Shown here: positions 18,439 to 26,048 of the stretch, piece by piece
Numbering within the stretch: the stretch's first letter is position 1
Layout of the letters: each line of letters starts with the position of its first letter
Origin: an uncultured Pirellulaceae bacterium
GTDB taxonomy: Bacteria > Planctomycetota > Planctomycetia > Pirellulales > Pirellulaceae
DNA: 64,000 bases
Reading direction: 5' to 3'
NCBI GenBank assembly: GCA_964384375.1
Contig: CAYLLN010000002.1
Location: 59,248 to 123,247, forward strand
Made by a program: the position numbers and the translations under genes
Notes under the pieces: generated by a model
The model's input: the letters and a program-made list of their open reading frames with translations, nothing else
Told to the model about the DNA's origin: nothing
Databases searched by the model: none

Positions 18439-18543
18439 TTCACTGCACTTCAATCGTGTCGCGCGGGACCGGTCGATCCGGCGACGCTGTGATTATTCGC
18501 CAGCCGATGCGCCAAGGCGAAACTGGGAACGAAGTGCAGTGAA
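18439..18543. repeat. 13-bp perfect inverted repeat with 79-nt spacer in the long pilT upstream region
   Basis: TTCACTGCACTTC (18439-18451) and GAAGTGCAGTGAA (18531-18543). Confidence 0.7.
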
Positions 18544-18668
18544 ATAGTCGCTGCTTTCAGTTTAATTGGTGCAGGTGGATGGGTGCGAGGAAAAACCACC
18601 GACTGTGAGCAAGCTTCCAGCCTGCCAAACCACTCCGACCACAGTGGTCGAGCACGTCTTCAACGTCG

Positions 18669-18686
18669 CGCGGTGCAAGCACCGCG
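18669..18686 (-). terminator. GC-rich hairpin just downstream of the gspE2 stop (weak terminator candidate)
   Basis: On the minus strand, CGCGGTG-CTTG-CACCGCG (7-bp stem, 4-nt loop) lies ~35 nt after the stop at 18721. A CGACCACTGTGGTCG palindrome follows. There is no U-tract. Confidence 0.3.
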
Positions 18687-18720
18687 GCGGAAATGACGGA
18701 CTTAGTTCAGCGAGTATGCA

Positions 18721-20448
18721 CTACGCCGTAATCACGTCCTGCTCGGTCCGCTTGGCATTGCGATAGACCTCTTCCAGCGTCGTGACCCCTTTCACGACCT
18801 TGGCAATTCCATCGACGTAAAGCGTTTTCATCCCTTGAGTTATCGCTTGCTTGCGGATTTCGACCGACGAGATGTTCTGAAAAATCATCTCGCGAATTTT
18901 GGAGTTCACCAGCATCAGCTCGAAGATTCCCTGGCGGCCGCGGAAGCCACCCTTGTTGCAGTTGGAGCAGCCTTTGCCCTTCGAGAAGTGAGCCTTGGCG
19001 GCCATCTTGGCCGGAATCCCGGCATCGCGGATGACGCTTTCGGGCAGTTGAATTTGCTGTTTGCACTTGGGGCAGATGATGCGGACCAGACGCTGGGCCA
19101 AAACCGCAATAACGGAAGAGGCAACCAGATAGTTGGGTACTCCGATATCGACCATGCGCGTCACAGCACTAGGCGCATCGTTCGTGTGTAGAGTACTGAA
19201 AACTAAGTGTCCAGTTAAAGAAGCCTGGATACCCATGCTTGCCGTTTCATTGTCGCGCATTTCGCCGACGAGGATGATGTTCGGGGCTTGTCGCAGCATC
19301 GAGCGGATAATGCGTGCAAAGTCGAGCCCGATGCTGTGCTTCACCTCGACCTGGTTGATACCGGGCAGGTAATACTCGACCGGCTCCTCGGCGGTGATGA
19401 TCTTTCGATCAGGTCGGTTGAGGGCGTTGAGGGCGGCATAGAGGGTCGTGGTCTTGCCGGAACCAGTCGGCCCCGTGACCAGGATGATGCCGTTGGGACG
19501 GCGGATGAGCTGAGTGAACGTCTGAAAGTTCTCGTCCGACAGGCCAAGCTGTCGCACCCCCACTTTGATGTTGTCCTTGTCGAGGATACGCATGACCACG
19601 GACTGGCCGTGGTTCGTGGGGATGATGCTGACGCGGAGATCCAGGTCCTTGTCGCCGGCAGTGATCTTGATGCGGCCGTCCTGCGGACGGCGGCGTTCAG
19701 CAATGTCCATTTTCCCCAGAATCTTGATGCGGGAAACGATGGCAGCGAGCAAGCGGCGGGGCGGGCTGTCACGTTTGTGCAGCATGCCGTCAATTCGATA
19801 ACGAATGCGGACGACGTCCTCGAACGGCTCGACGTGGATATCCGAGGCCCGAAGCTGCACCGCCTCTTTGATCATCAGGTCCACGAGGCGGACGATCGGG
19901 GCGCTGTTCTCATCGACCTGCTCGGTGGCCCCCACCGCGGTGGTGGTCGCTGTTTCCGTGAAGTCGATTGCCGTGTCGGTGAATTCCTGGAGCACCGAGT
20001 CGGCCGATTCGCCTTCGATCTGGCTGTAATACTTGTTGATCGCTTCGAGGATTTTCTCGCGGGGGGCGAGGGCGATTTCGATCCGGCGATTCAGAATAAA
20101 TCGGAGCTTTTCGACCGTGTCGATGTCGTAGGGATCGCTGACGATCACCTTCAGGGCGTCCTCATCCTCGGCCAACGGGAGGATGACGTTCTCGCGGGCG
20201 ACCGATTCGGGGACGAGTTCGATGATTGGCTCGGGAATCGCCACTTCGGTCAGATCGACGTAATCGCGGCCGTGCTCCTGGGCGACGGCCCGCATCACGT
20301 CCTCGCCGGAGGCGTAGCCAAGCTTGATGATGCACTCGGCCAGGCTGCTGTTCTGGTCCTTGCTGACCTGCCGGGCCTCGTTGAGCTGATCCTGGCTGAT
20401 GATGCGGCGGCGGAGGAGGATTTCGGTAAAGTCGCCTTTGCGAGCCAC
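18721..20448 (-). CDS. pilB: second GspE/PilB-type assembly ATPase
   Basis: T2SSE_N-like N-terminus. Walker A GPTGSGKTTT. LTGHLVFSTLHTNDAPS. Tetracysteine CPKC...CSNC. 575 aa. Confidence 0.92.
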   Translation of the reverse strand: MARKGDFTEILLRRRIISQDQLNEARQVSKDQNSSLAECIIKLGYASGEDVMRAVAQEHGRDYVDLTEVAIPEPIIELVPESVARENVILPLAEDEDALKVIVSDPYDIDTVEKLRFILNRRIEIALAPREKILEAINKYYSQIEGESADSVLQEFTDTAIDFTETATTTAVGATEQVDENSAPIVRLVDLMIKEAVQLRASDIHVEPFEDVVRIRYRIDGMLHKRDSPPRRLLAAIVSRIKILGKMDIAERRRPQDGRIKITAGDKDLDLRVSIIPTNHGQSVVMRILDKDNIKVGVRQLGLSDENFQTFTQLIRRPNGIILVTGPTGSGKTTTLYAALNALNRPDRKIITAEEPVEYYLPGINQVEVKHSIGLDFARIIRSMLRQAPNIILVGEMRDNETASMGIQASLTGHLVFSTLHTNDAPSAVTRMVDIGVPNYLVASSVIAVLAQRLVRIICPKCKQQIQLPESVIRDAGIPAKMAAKAHFSKGKGCSNCNKGGFRGRQGIFELMLVNSKIREMIFQNISSVEIRKQAITQGMKTLYVDGIAKVVKGVTTLEEVYRNAKRTEQDVITA

Positions 20449-20585
20449 GGTCGAACCTTTCGTGATGCCGCCACCGCGCGCGGGCTGCGGCGACGAGAAC
20501 CTGCACCTGTTCCGCTAGACAAGAGGGTGCGGCGGGCCTTCACCCAGTCCGGCACTGCCGGCGCGCACCCCTGCTGACAAGTCTC

Positions 20586-20613
20586 ATTGTGAGTTCTTTG
20601 CGGGCAATGTCAA
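20586..20613 (-). promoter_or_regulatory. sigma70-like promoter candidate for the secretion/pilus operon
   Basis: On the minus strand: TTGACA, a 16-nt spacer, then CACAAT, ~140 nt upstream of the gspE2/pilB ATG. Planctomycete promoter rules are poorly known. Confidence 0.3.
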
Positions 20614-20700
20614 TTCGCGGCTGTGCGGAAGATGCCGGAATTAAGCGTTCAACCGAGCCAATCCTGGCTGCCCGCCGCGTGGGTCTATACCCTCTCGTGG

Positions 20701-20765
20701 AACGCAAAGTCACAGAGAGCGCAAAGGGCGCAAAGCGTTGGTGGGTCTCCGCGTCTTTGCGTTGA
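20701..20765. repeat. CGCAAAG-type REP hairpin (module D)
   Basis: AACGCAAAGTCACAGAGAGCGCAAAGGGCGCAAAGCG...CGCGTCTTTGCGTT. Related copies at 25476-25632 and 48848-48930. Confidence 0.8.
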
Positions 20766-20817
20766 ATTCAGGAGCCGCTGCACTGCAAACGGCTCGTCAA
20801 TGGCTTATGTATGCGAC

Positions 20818-21813
20818 CTAAGGCAGCTCGATCCCCAGTTTTGCTTCGTCTTCCTCGAGGATGCGAATTCGGGTGCCGCCGAACGGCGCAGGGGCGACTG
20901 CCGGCGGCACGGGGACTTCGTGGGAGGCTGGCACCACAGCCGGATCGAACGAGGCTGCGGTCACCGTCGCGGGGGCGGGGGGCGACGGAGGTGCTCGGTG
21001 CTCGCGACTGATCTCGCTGGCCGCATCGCGAATTTTACGGGCGAGTTCTCGCAACTCGTCGGCTTCGCCGTAGCGGCCACTGCTTTCGAGCGAGTCGGTA
21101 AGGATATAGAGGTGCGTTGACGAAGTTTGGAGGGAGGTCAGCAGGGCCTCAATCGGGTCGATTTTGCAGGCTCCCTCCGTGGTCGGAGAGGCAATGGCAG
21201 GGGGAGCCGTTGTCTCGCCAATGCTGGCATCAGCCGGCGGGCCGACGACGGGCGTTTCTAGGGCAAGCGGATTGGTCGGCGCGGTGACGGAGAGCGTCGG
21301 CGGAGGAACCGTCAGATCGGGAGCGGACTGGGGTACGATCGTCGCCGTCGGCGGGCTGACCGGTGCGGAAGCATAGGTGGTCGGGTCCGATGGCGGCGCT
21401 GGATTTTCAAACGCGTCGTCGATCGGGCTGCCGAGACGCTGGCGGACTTCGGCAATGGCCGCGGTCTGAGCCGGCGTGGGAAGCGTGCTCGTCGCCGGTT
21501 CTGGATTCCACGGTGCGGCGGGAACGTTCGCGATCGGCGGCGGCAGAGTCGCAGGCACAAAGGTGCTAGCGGGCATCGGAGCAGCGAACGGAGGCACGCC
21601 GGCTAGTTGCGGCGGGCAGCTCTCGCTCGTGCAGACCGGCGTCGGCGCATAGTTCACCGGCGACGGATACACCGGGCCATTGGTCTGGGCGGTGACAACA
21701 AACGACTCGCTTGACGCGATCGAGAAGAACGCGACACATACCACTAGCGGCACTGCAATCAGCAATTGCAGCACCACGATCACACAGCACGCCGCAGCGA
21801 AAAACTTGCGCAT
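20818..21813 (-). CDS. hypothetical proline-rich membrane-anchored protein
   Basis: N-terminal helix FFAAACCVIVVLQLLIAVPLVVCVAFF, a long Pro/Ala/Thr-rich spacer, and a helical C-terminal region. No family recognised. Confidence 0.5.
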   Translation of the reverse strand: MRKFFAAACCVIVVLQLLIAVPLVVCVAFFSIASSESFVVTAQTNGPVYPSPVNYAPTPVCTSESCPPQLAGVPPFAAPMPASTFVPATLPPPIANVPAAPWNPEPATSTLPTPAQTAAIAEVRQRLGSPIDDAFENPAPPSDPTTYASAPVSPPTATIVPQSAPDLTVPPPTLSVTAPTNPLALETPVVGPPADASIGETTAPPAIASPTTEGACKIDPIEALLTSLQTSSTHLYILTDSLESSGRYGEADELRELARKIRDAASEISREHRAPPSPPAPATVTAASFDPAVVPASHEVPVPPAVAPAPFGGTRIRILEEDEAKLGIELP

Positions 21814-22006
21814 AGAGGCCTCCTTGCAAGTGCGCGGAACGAGAGAACCTGGGTCGTCACGGATTATAGAGCGGGCGGCAAAATCACCCCAAGATCAATC
21901 GCCCGCCCACCGCACGTGCCACGTAACAAGCTCGCGGCCTGTGTCGGGCCCGCCAGCAATCGAGTACAAACGGTGCCAGCACGGCCACTTGCCGTGCCGA
22001 CCGACC

Positions 22007-22729
22007 ATGAACGCACACCAACTCGCTTGCAAATCGTGCGGCAAACCGGTGCCGGCCGAGGATGTCAACCTCGACAAGGCCCTGGCCAAATGCCGGCTTT
22101 GCCACGCAGTCTTCGACATTACCGAGATAGTCGGCCGCGAAGCGAGCCGCGCCGCGGAAGAAGCGATCCCCAAGCCGCGCCGCTTTACGATCGAAAATTG
22201 GGGACCGGAACTCGTCCTCTCGTGGCGGTGGTACACGCACGCCCTTTGGATCGCGATTCCGTTCCTCGTGATTTGGAACGGGTTTCTCGTCGTGTGGTAT
22301 GCAGCCGCGGTTGCAGCGATGAACGACGACAAGTCAGGCATCGCTGCGTACATCATGCTGCTGTTTCCGCTGATCCACGTCGCAATTGGTGTGGGAGGCA
22401 TCTATGCGGTGCTCTGTGGCTTCTGCAACCGCACGGTGATTCGCGTTTCTGGCGGCGAGCTTTCCGTCCGGCACGGGCCGATTCCCTATCCTGGCAACCG
22501 GCAGATTCCGACCGCCGACATCAAGCAGCTTTATTGCACCGAAACGATCCACCGCGGCAAGCGAAGTTCGCGAACGACCTACAATGTCATGGTCAAGGTC
22601 CGCGAAGGGGACAAGCTCACGCTGCTGTCGGGCCTCGATGACCTCGATCAAGGACTCTACGTCGAGCAGCAGATCGAGAAGCACCTGAACATTCAGGACA
22701 AGCGCGTGCCGGGTCAGGTGCGGATCTAG
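22007..22729 (+). CDS. hypothetical membrane protein with N-terminal zinc-ribbon
   Basis: ATG at 22007. CKSCGKPV...CRLCH four-Cys ribbon, then two to three hydrophobic helices. Confidence 0.55.
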   Translation: MNAHQLACKSCGKPVPAEDVNLDKALAKCRLCHAVFDITEIVGREASRAAEEAIPKPRRFTIENWGPELVLSWRWYTHALWIAIPFLVIWNGFLVVWYAAAVAAMNDDKSGIAAYIMLLFPLIHVAIGVGGIYAVLCGFCNRTVIRVSGGELSVRHGPIPYPGNRQIPTADIKQLYCTETIHRGKRSSRTTYNVMVKVREGDKLTLLSGLDDLDQGLYVEQQIEKHLNIQDKRVPGQVRI

Positions 22730-22748
22730 GGCGGCGATTGCCTTCGCC

Positions 22749-23471
22749 CTATCCCGCCTCATCCACGTCGATCACGCGGAACTCCAGTCCCGGCATTGGT
22801 GAGCCGGGGTTGTGGAAGGTGAGCCCGCCGTGGCGAAAGGCGGAGAGAGCATCGTGCGTGTGGCCGAAATAAACGTGCTCCAGGCCGGTGGCAGGGGCAT
22901 GTCCCGCACGTTGCAAGTAGCCGGCCAGTCGCTGGGCCACGCGACGCTTGGGATGTGCCACTTTGCCCACGACGCGGTGCAACTGCGCCTGCACCGCTAG
23001 GTCATACAGCATGTGCCGCAAGGGACCGCGCTGCTCGTCGCGGGCCCAGTGCTGACGCCGATGCGAAAGCCGCTGAGGGCACATCCGCGGGCGATCGGCA
23101 GCATCGCCGTGCAGGAAAATCCGCCGTCCCTGTCGCAGGTAGTACGGATGGACCGTGAGGTTGTTGCGCGTCGCAGCGTAGGCTCCGAGTGCCGCGACAA
23201 ACCGCCCGTTGCAGTCGTGATTCCCCAGGACGAAATGAAAGTCGCACCGGGAGTGGCTGCCGACAATGTCGTCCAGCCAGCGAACGGCAGCCCGCGATGT
23301 AGCGTCGGACGACCCGAGCGTGGACCAGCGGAAGTCAAAAATGTCGCCGCCTAGCACGAACATCCGCGCTCGCGAGGCGGTCGTTTGCAGCGAATCGGAG
23401 TGGCTCAAGGCGAGCGATCGCCGCGAGAACAGATGCAAATCGGAGACAAAGTATGTGCGGCGGCTGGACAT
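22749..23471 (-). CDS. metallophosphoesterase (calcineurin-like)
   Basis: Motifs FVSDLHLF, LGGDIFD, LGNHDCN and FGHTHD, counted from the internal ATG at 23471. Confidence 0.8.
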   Translation of the reverse strand: MSSRRTYFVSDLHLFSRRSLALSHSDSLQTTASRARMFVLGGDIFDFRWSTLGSSDATSRAAVRWLDDIVGSHSRCDFHFVLGNHDCNGRFVAALGAYAATRNNLTVHPYYLRQGRRIFLHGDAADRPRMCPQRLSHRRQHWARDEQRGPLRHMLYDLAVQAQLHRVVGKVAHPKRRVAQRLAGYLQRAGHAPATGLEHVYFGHTHDALSAFRHGGLTFHNPGSPMPGLEFRVIDVDEAG

Positions 23472-23473
23472 CG

Positions 23474-24172
23474 TTATTCCGGCGGCGGGCCTTCCGGGGC
23501 CGATTCCTCTACTACCGGTGATTCTATCACTTGGTTCGGCCAGAGCAGGTACGAAAGTGCGACAAAATCGTACAGGGCGTGAGCCACGATCGGCGGCCAC
23601 AGGCTTCCCGTCGCGATCAAAAGCCAGCCAAAATAGAGCCCGGCAATGGTCGCCAAGATCGCGTAAGTCGAGTTCAGGAAATGAAATAGGCCAAACACGA
23701 CCGACGCGATTGCCAGGGCGATCCACGGTCCCCAGTCCCCTCCGATCAGATGAGCCAAGCCGGCTTGCGCAAGGCCGCGAAACAGCATTTCTTCGCCGAA
23801 CCCTGCCGCCAGCGACACAGCCGCAAGCTGCCACCAGCGGGGATTGGGGAACATGCGTCCAATCACTTGCTCCGCCACCTGCCGTACGCTTTCCAGCGCC
23901 GGCAGCGGTGTGTGCTCCAAAATCCACAGTGCGACGAGCGGCGGCACCGTGGCAAGCACGCCCAAGCCGATCATCTGCAGTTGGTGGTTAACACTCGCAG
24001 CATCGAAGCGGATGCCGATCGCCGGCCAGAAACCGCACAGCCAACCGACGACGAGCGCGACGATTCCCAGTCCCCCTTCGACAAGCAGGGCCAGACCGAC
24101 GGTTCGCGTGCTGGAAGTAGCGAGCATGATTGCGATGGTAGGCGCGCGGCGCGGGCAGGGCCAGGGAGGCAT
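23474..24172 (-). CDS. CPBP family intramembrane glutamic endopeptidase (CAAX protease-like)
   Basis: Motifs GFGEEMLFRG, FGLFHFLN and HALYDF. Several TM helices. The stop lies 2 nt before the next gene's start. Confidence 0.85.
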   Translation of the reverse strand: MPPWPCPRRAPTIAIMLATSSTRTVGLALLVEGGLGIVALVVGWLCGFWPAIGIRFDAASVNHQLQMIGLGVLATVPPLVALWILEHTPLPALESVRQVAEQVIGRMFPNPRWWQLAAVSLAAGFGEEMLFRGLAQAGLAHLIGGDWGPWIALAIASVVFGLFHFLNSTYAILATIAGLYFGWLLIATGSLWPPIVAHALYDFVALSYLLWPNQVIESPVVEESAPEGPPPE

Positions 24173-24264
24173 CGCAAGCGAGCTTTCCGCCTGCCCGGCG
24201 ATGGGTTACAACCATATCCGCAAGTTGTTCTCTCCCTTCTCGCCGGTCTGCCGCTGGAAGCTCC

Positions 24265-25443
24265 ATGCAAGTCGCCGTTCTCAAGGAAACCTTTCCCGGC
24301 GAGTGGCGCGTGGCCTTGGTGCCGGCGGATGTGCCCAAGCTCGCCAAGACCGGTATCGAGGTGCTCGTCGAAGCAGGCGCGGGATCGGCAGCCGGCTTCA
24401 GCGATGAGTCGTATGTCGCCAAGGGAGCGAAGGTCGCCCCAATGCGAGCCGAAGCATTTGCGGCTCCAATCGTCGTGCAGGTCCGGTCGCTCGGCGCGAA
24501 CTTGCAGCAGGGGCGAGGCGACCTCGCGAACTTGCGCAAGGGGCAGATTCTCCTGGGGATGTGCGATCCACTCGGCGAGCCGAAATCCGTCGCCGAAATC
24601 GCCGACACTGGCGCGACGTTGTTCGCCCTGGAGCTCATCCCTCGCACGACGCGGGCTCAGGCGATGGACATTCTTTCGTCGATGGCGACGATCGCTGGCT
24701 ATCGGGCCGTGCTCCTCGGGGCGTTGGAACTGCCCAAAATCTTTCCGCTCTTGATGACCGCGGCCGGCACGCTGACGGCGGCCAAGGTGCTGATCATCGG
24801 CGTCGGCGTCGCTGGTTTGCAGGCGATCGCCACGGCCCGCCGACTAGGTGCGAATGTGCGGGCGTACGACGTGCGGCCCGCCTGCCGTGAACAAGTCGAA
24901 AGCCTGGGGGCCAAGTTTGTCGAACTCGCGCTCGACACCGCCGGCGCGGAGGGAGCCGGTGGCTACGCAAAGGCTCAAGACGAGGCGTTCTACCGCCGCC
25001 AGCGAGAACTGCTCGGCCAGGTTGTCGGTGAGTGCGATGTCGTCATCACCACCGCTGCGATTCCAGGCAAGCCCTCGCCGCTGCTGGTCACAGCCGAAGC
25101 AGTCGCACTGATGCAGCCCGGAAGCGTCATTGTCGATCTGGCAGCCGAGCGGGGTGGCAACTGTGCCTTGACCAAAGCAGACCAGCGCGTTGTTGCCCAC
25201 GGCGTGACGATCGTCGGCCCGACGAACCTGGCCAGTGAAACGCCGCAACATGCCAGCCAGATGTTTTCAGGCAACGTGACGAACTTCCTCACGAACCTCG
25301 TGAAGAAGGGGGAAGTGGTGCTGAACTGCGACGACGAAATCATTCGCGAAACGCTTGCCGCCCATGAGGGGCAAGTCGTTCACAAGCGGCTGCGGGAGTT
25401 GCTCGGACTGGCAAAGCTGGAGCAGGACACTTTAGAGACTTGA
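24265..25443 (+). CDS. pntAA: NAD(P) transhydrogenase alpha subunit, part 1
   Basis: MQVAVLKETFPGEWRVALVP N-terminus. Rossmann motif GVGVAGLQAIATARRLGA. Followed by pntAB and pntB. Confidence 0.9.
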   Translation: MQVAVLKETFPGEWRVALVPADVPKLAKTGIEVLVEAGAGSAAGFSDESYVAKGAKVAPMRAEAFAAPIVVQVRSLGANLQQGRGDLANLRKGQILLGMCDPLGEPKSVAEIADTGATLFALELIPRTTRAQAMDILSSMATIAGYRAVLLGALELPKIFPLLMTAAGTLTAAKVLIIGVGVAGLQAIATARRLGANVRAYDVRPACREQVESLGAKFVELALDTAGAEGAGGYAKAQDEAFYRRQRELLGQVVGECDVVITTAAIPGKPSPLLVTAEAVALMQPGSVIVDLAAERGGNCALTKADQRVVAHGVTIVGPTNLASETPQHASQMFSGNVTNFLTNLVKKGEVVLNCDDEIIRETLAAHEGQVVHKRLRELLGLAKLEQDTLET

Positions 25444-25475
25444 GAACTAACTCGCGGTACAACCCGCAGGTGTTT

Positions 25476-25632
25476 AACGCAGAGGCGCAAAGTCGCAGAG
25501 AGGCGAACAAGAGAATGCGGAATCTACCAGTGACCAAGCCTGAACCGTGGTTCCCGATCCGTGTCATTCGCGCAATCCGCGGTCCACTCCTCTGTCGTCC
25601 CCTGCGTCTTTGCGCCTTTGCGCCTTTGCGTT
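25476..25632. repeat. composite module D REP element between pntAA and pntAB
   Basis: Arms AACGCAGAGGCGCAAAGTCGCAGAGAGG and CCTGCGTCTTTGCGCCTTTGCGCCTTTGCGTT flank a CGTGTCATTCGCGCAATCCGCGG core. Confidence 0.8.
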
Positions 25633-25748
25633 TAGCTCGCTGGATGCCAACTCTCTCTGCTGGCTTGGCAATCACGTTCACGGTTGCCACTGCATTCGCC
25701 CAAGAATCACACAAGCCAGCGGCAGCGAGTCAGTCTGACCTCCCCACG

Positions 25749-26048
25749 ATGCTGTTTGTCTTCATGCTCGCGTCGTTCATCGGCCTGGGCGTGATCACGC
25801 GGGTTTCGCGGCTCTTGCATACGCCGCTCATGTCGCTGACCAACGCGATCTCGGCCATCGCGATTGTCGGCGCGATCACCGTGACGGGCATCGCTCACGG
25901 TGGGGCGGATGTCAAGCCGCAGTTCTCGATCATTAACGTCCTGGGAGCGATCGCCCTTTTCGCCTCGACGGTCAACATCGTCAGCGGTTTTCTCATCACC
26001 GACCGGATGCTCAAGATGTTCAAGCGGCAGGAGCCCACCAAACCGTGA
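25749..26048 (+). CDS. pntAB: NAD(P) transhydrogenase alpha subunit, part 2 (membrane)
   Basis: MLFVFMLASFIGLGVITRVSRLLHTPLMSLTNAISAIAIVGAI is the typical PntAB core. An upstream in-frame ATG at 25644 is possible. The stop overlaps the pntB start. Confidence 0.8.
   Translation: MLFVFMLASFIGLGVITRVSRLLHTPLMSLTNAISAIAIVGAITVTGIAHGGADVKPQFSIINVLGAIALFASTVNIVSGFLITDRMLKMFKRQEPTKP

Noticed and set aside
15552-20577. Long plus-strand ORFs (15552-17018, 17060-18406, 19288-20577) opposite the three ATPase genes
   Set aside because: These are antisense shadows of strongly supported Walker-motif ATPases. Composition is Arg/Asp/Gly-rich and they have no recognisable domains.
20818-21813. Proline-rich membrane protein as a GspC/PilP-like component of the operon
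   Set aside because: It has the same strand and upstream position. However, it is separated from the operon by a REP hairpin and a promoter-like site, and shows no HR/PDZ or PilP-like motifs. Not supportable from sequence alone.
21680-22006. Upstream extensions of ORFs 21680-22729 and 22749-23927 (and similar 5' extensions of 28144-29550, 55042-56121, 55705-56775, 60976-62247)
   Set aside because: The recognisable domains, signal peptides or conserved N-termini start at internal ATGs. The extensions overlap neighbouring genes or repeats.
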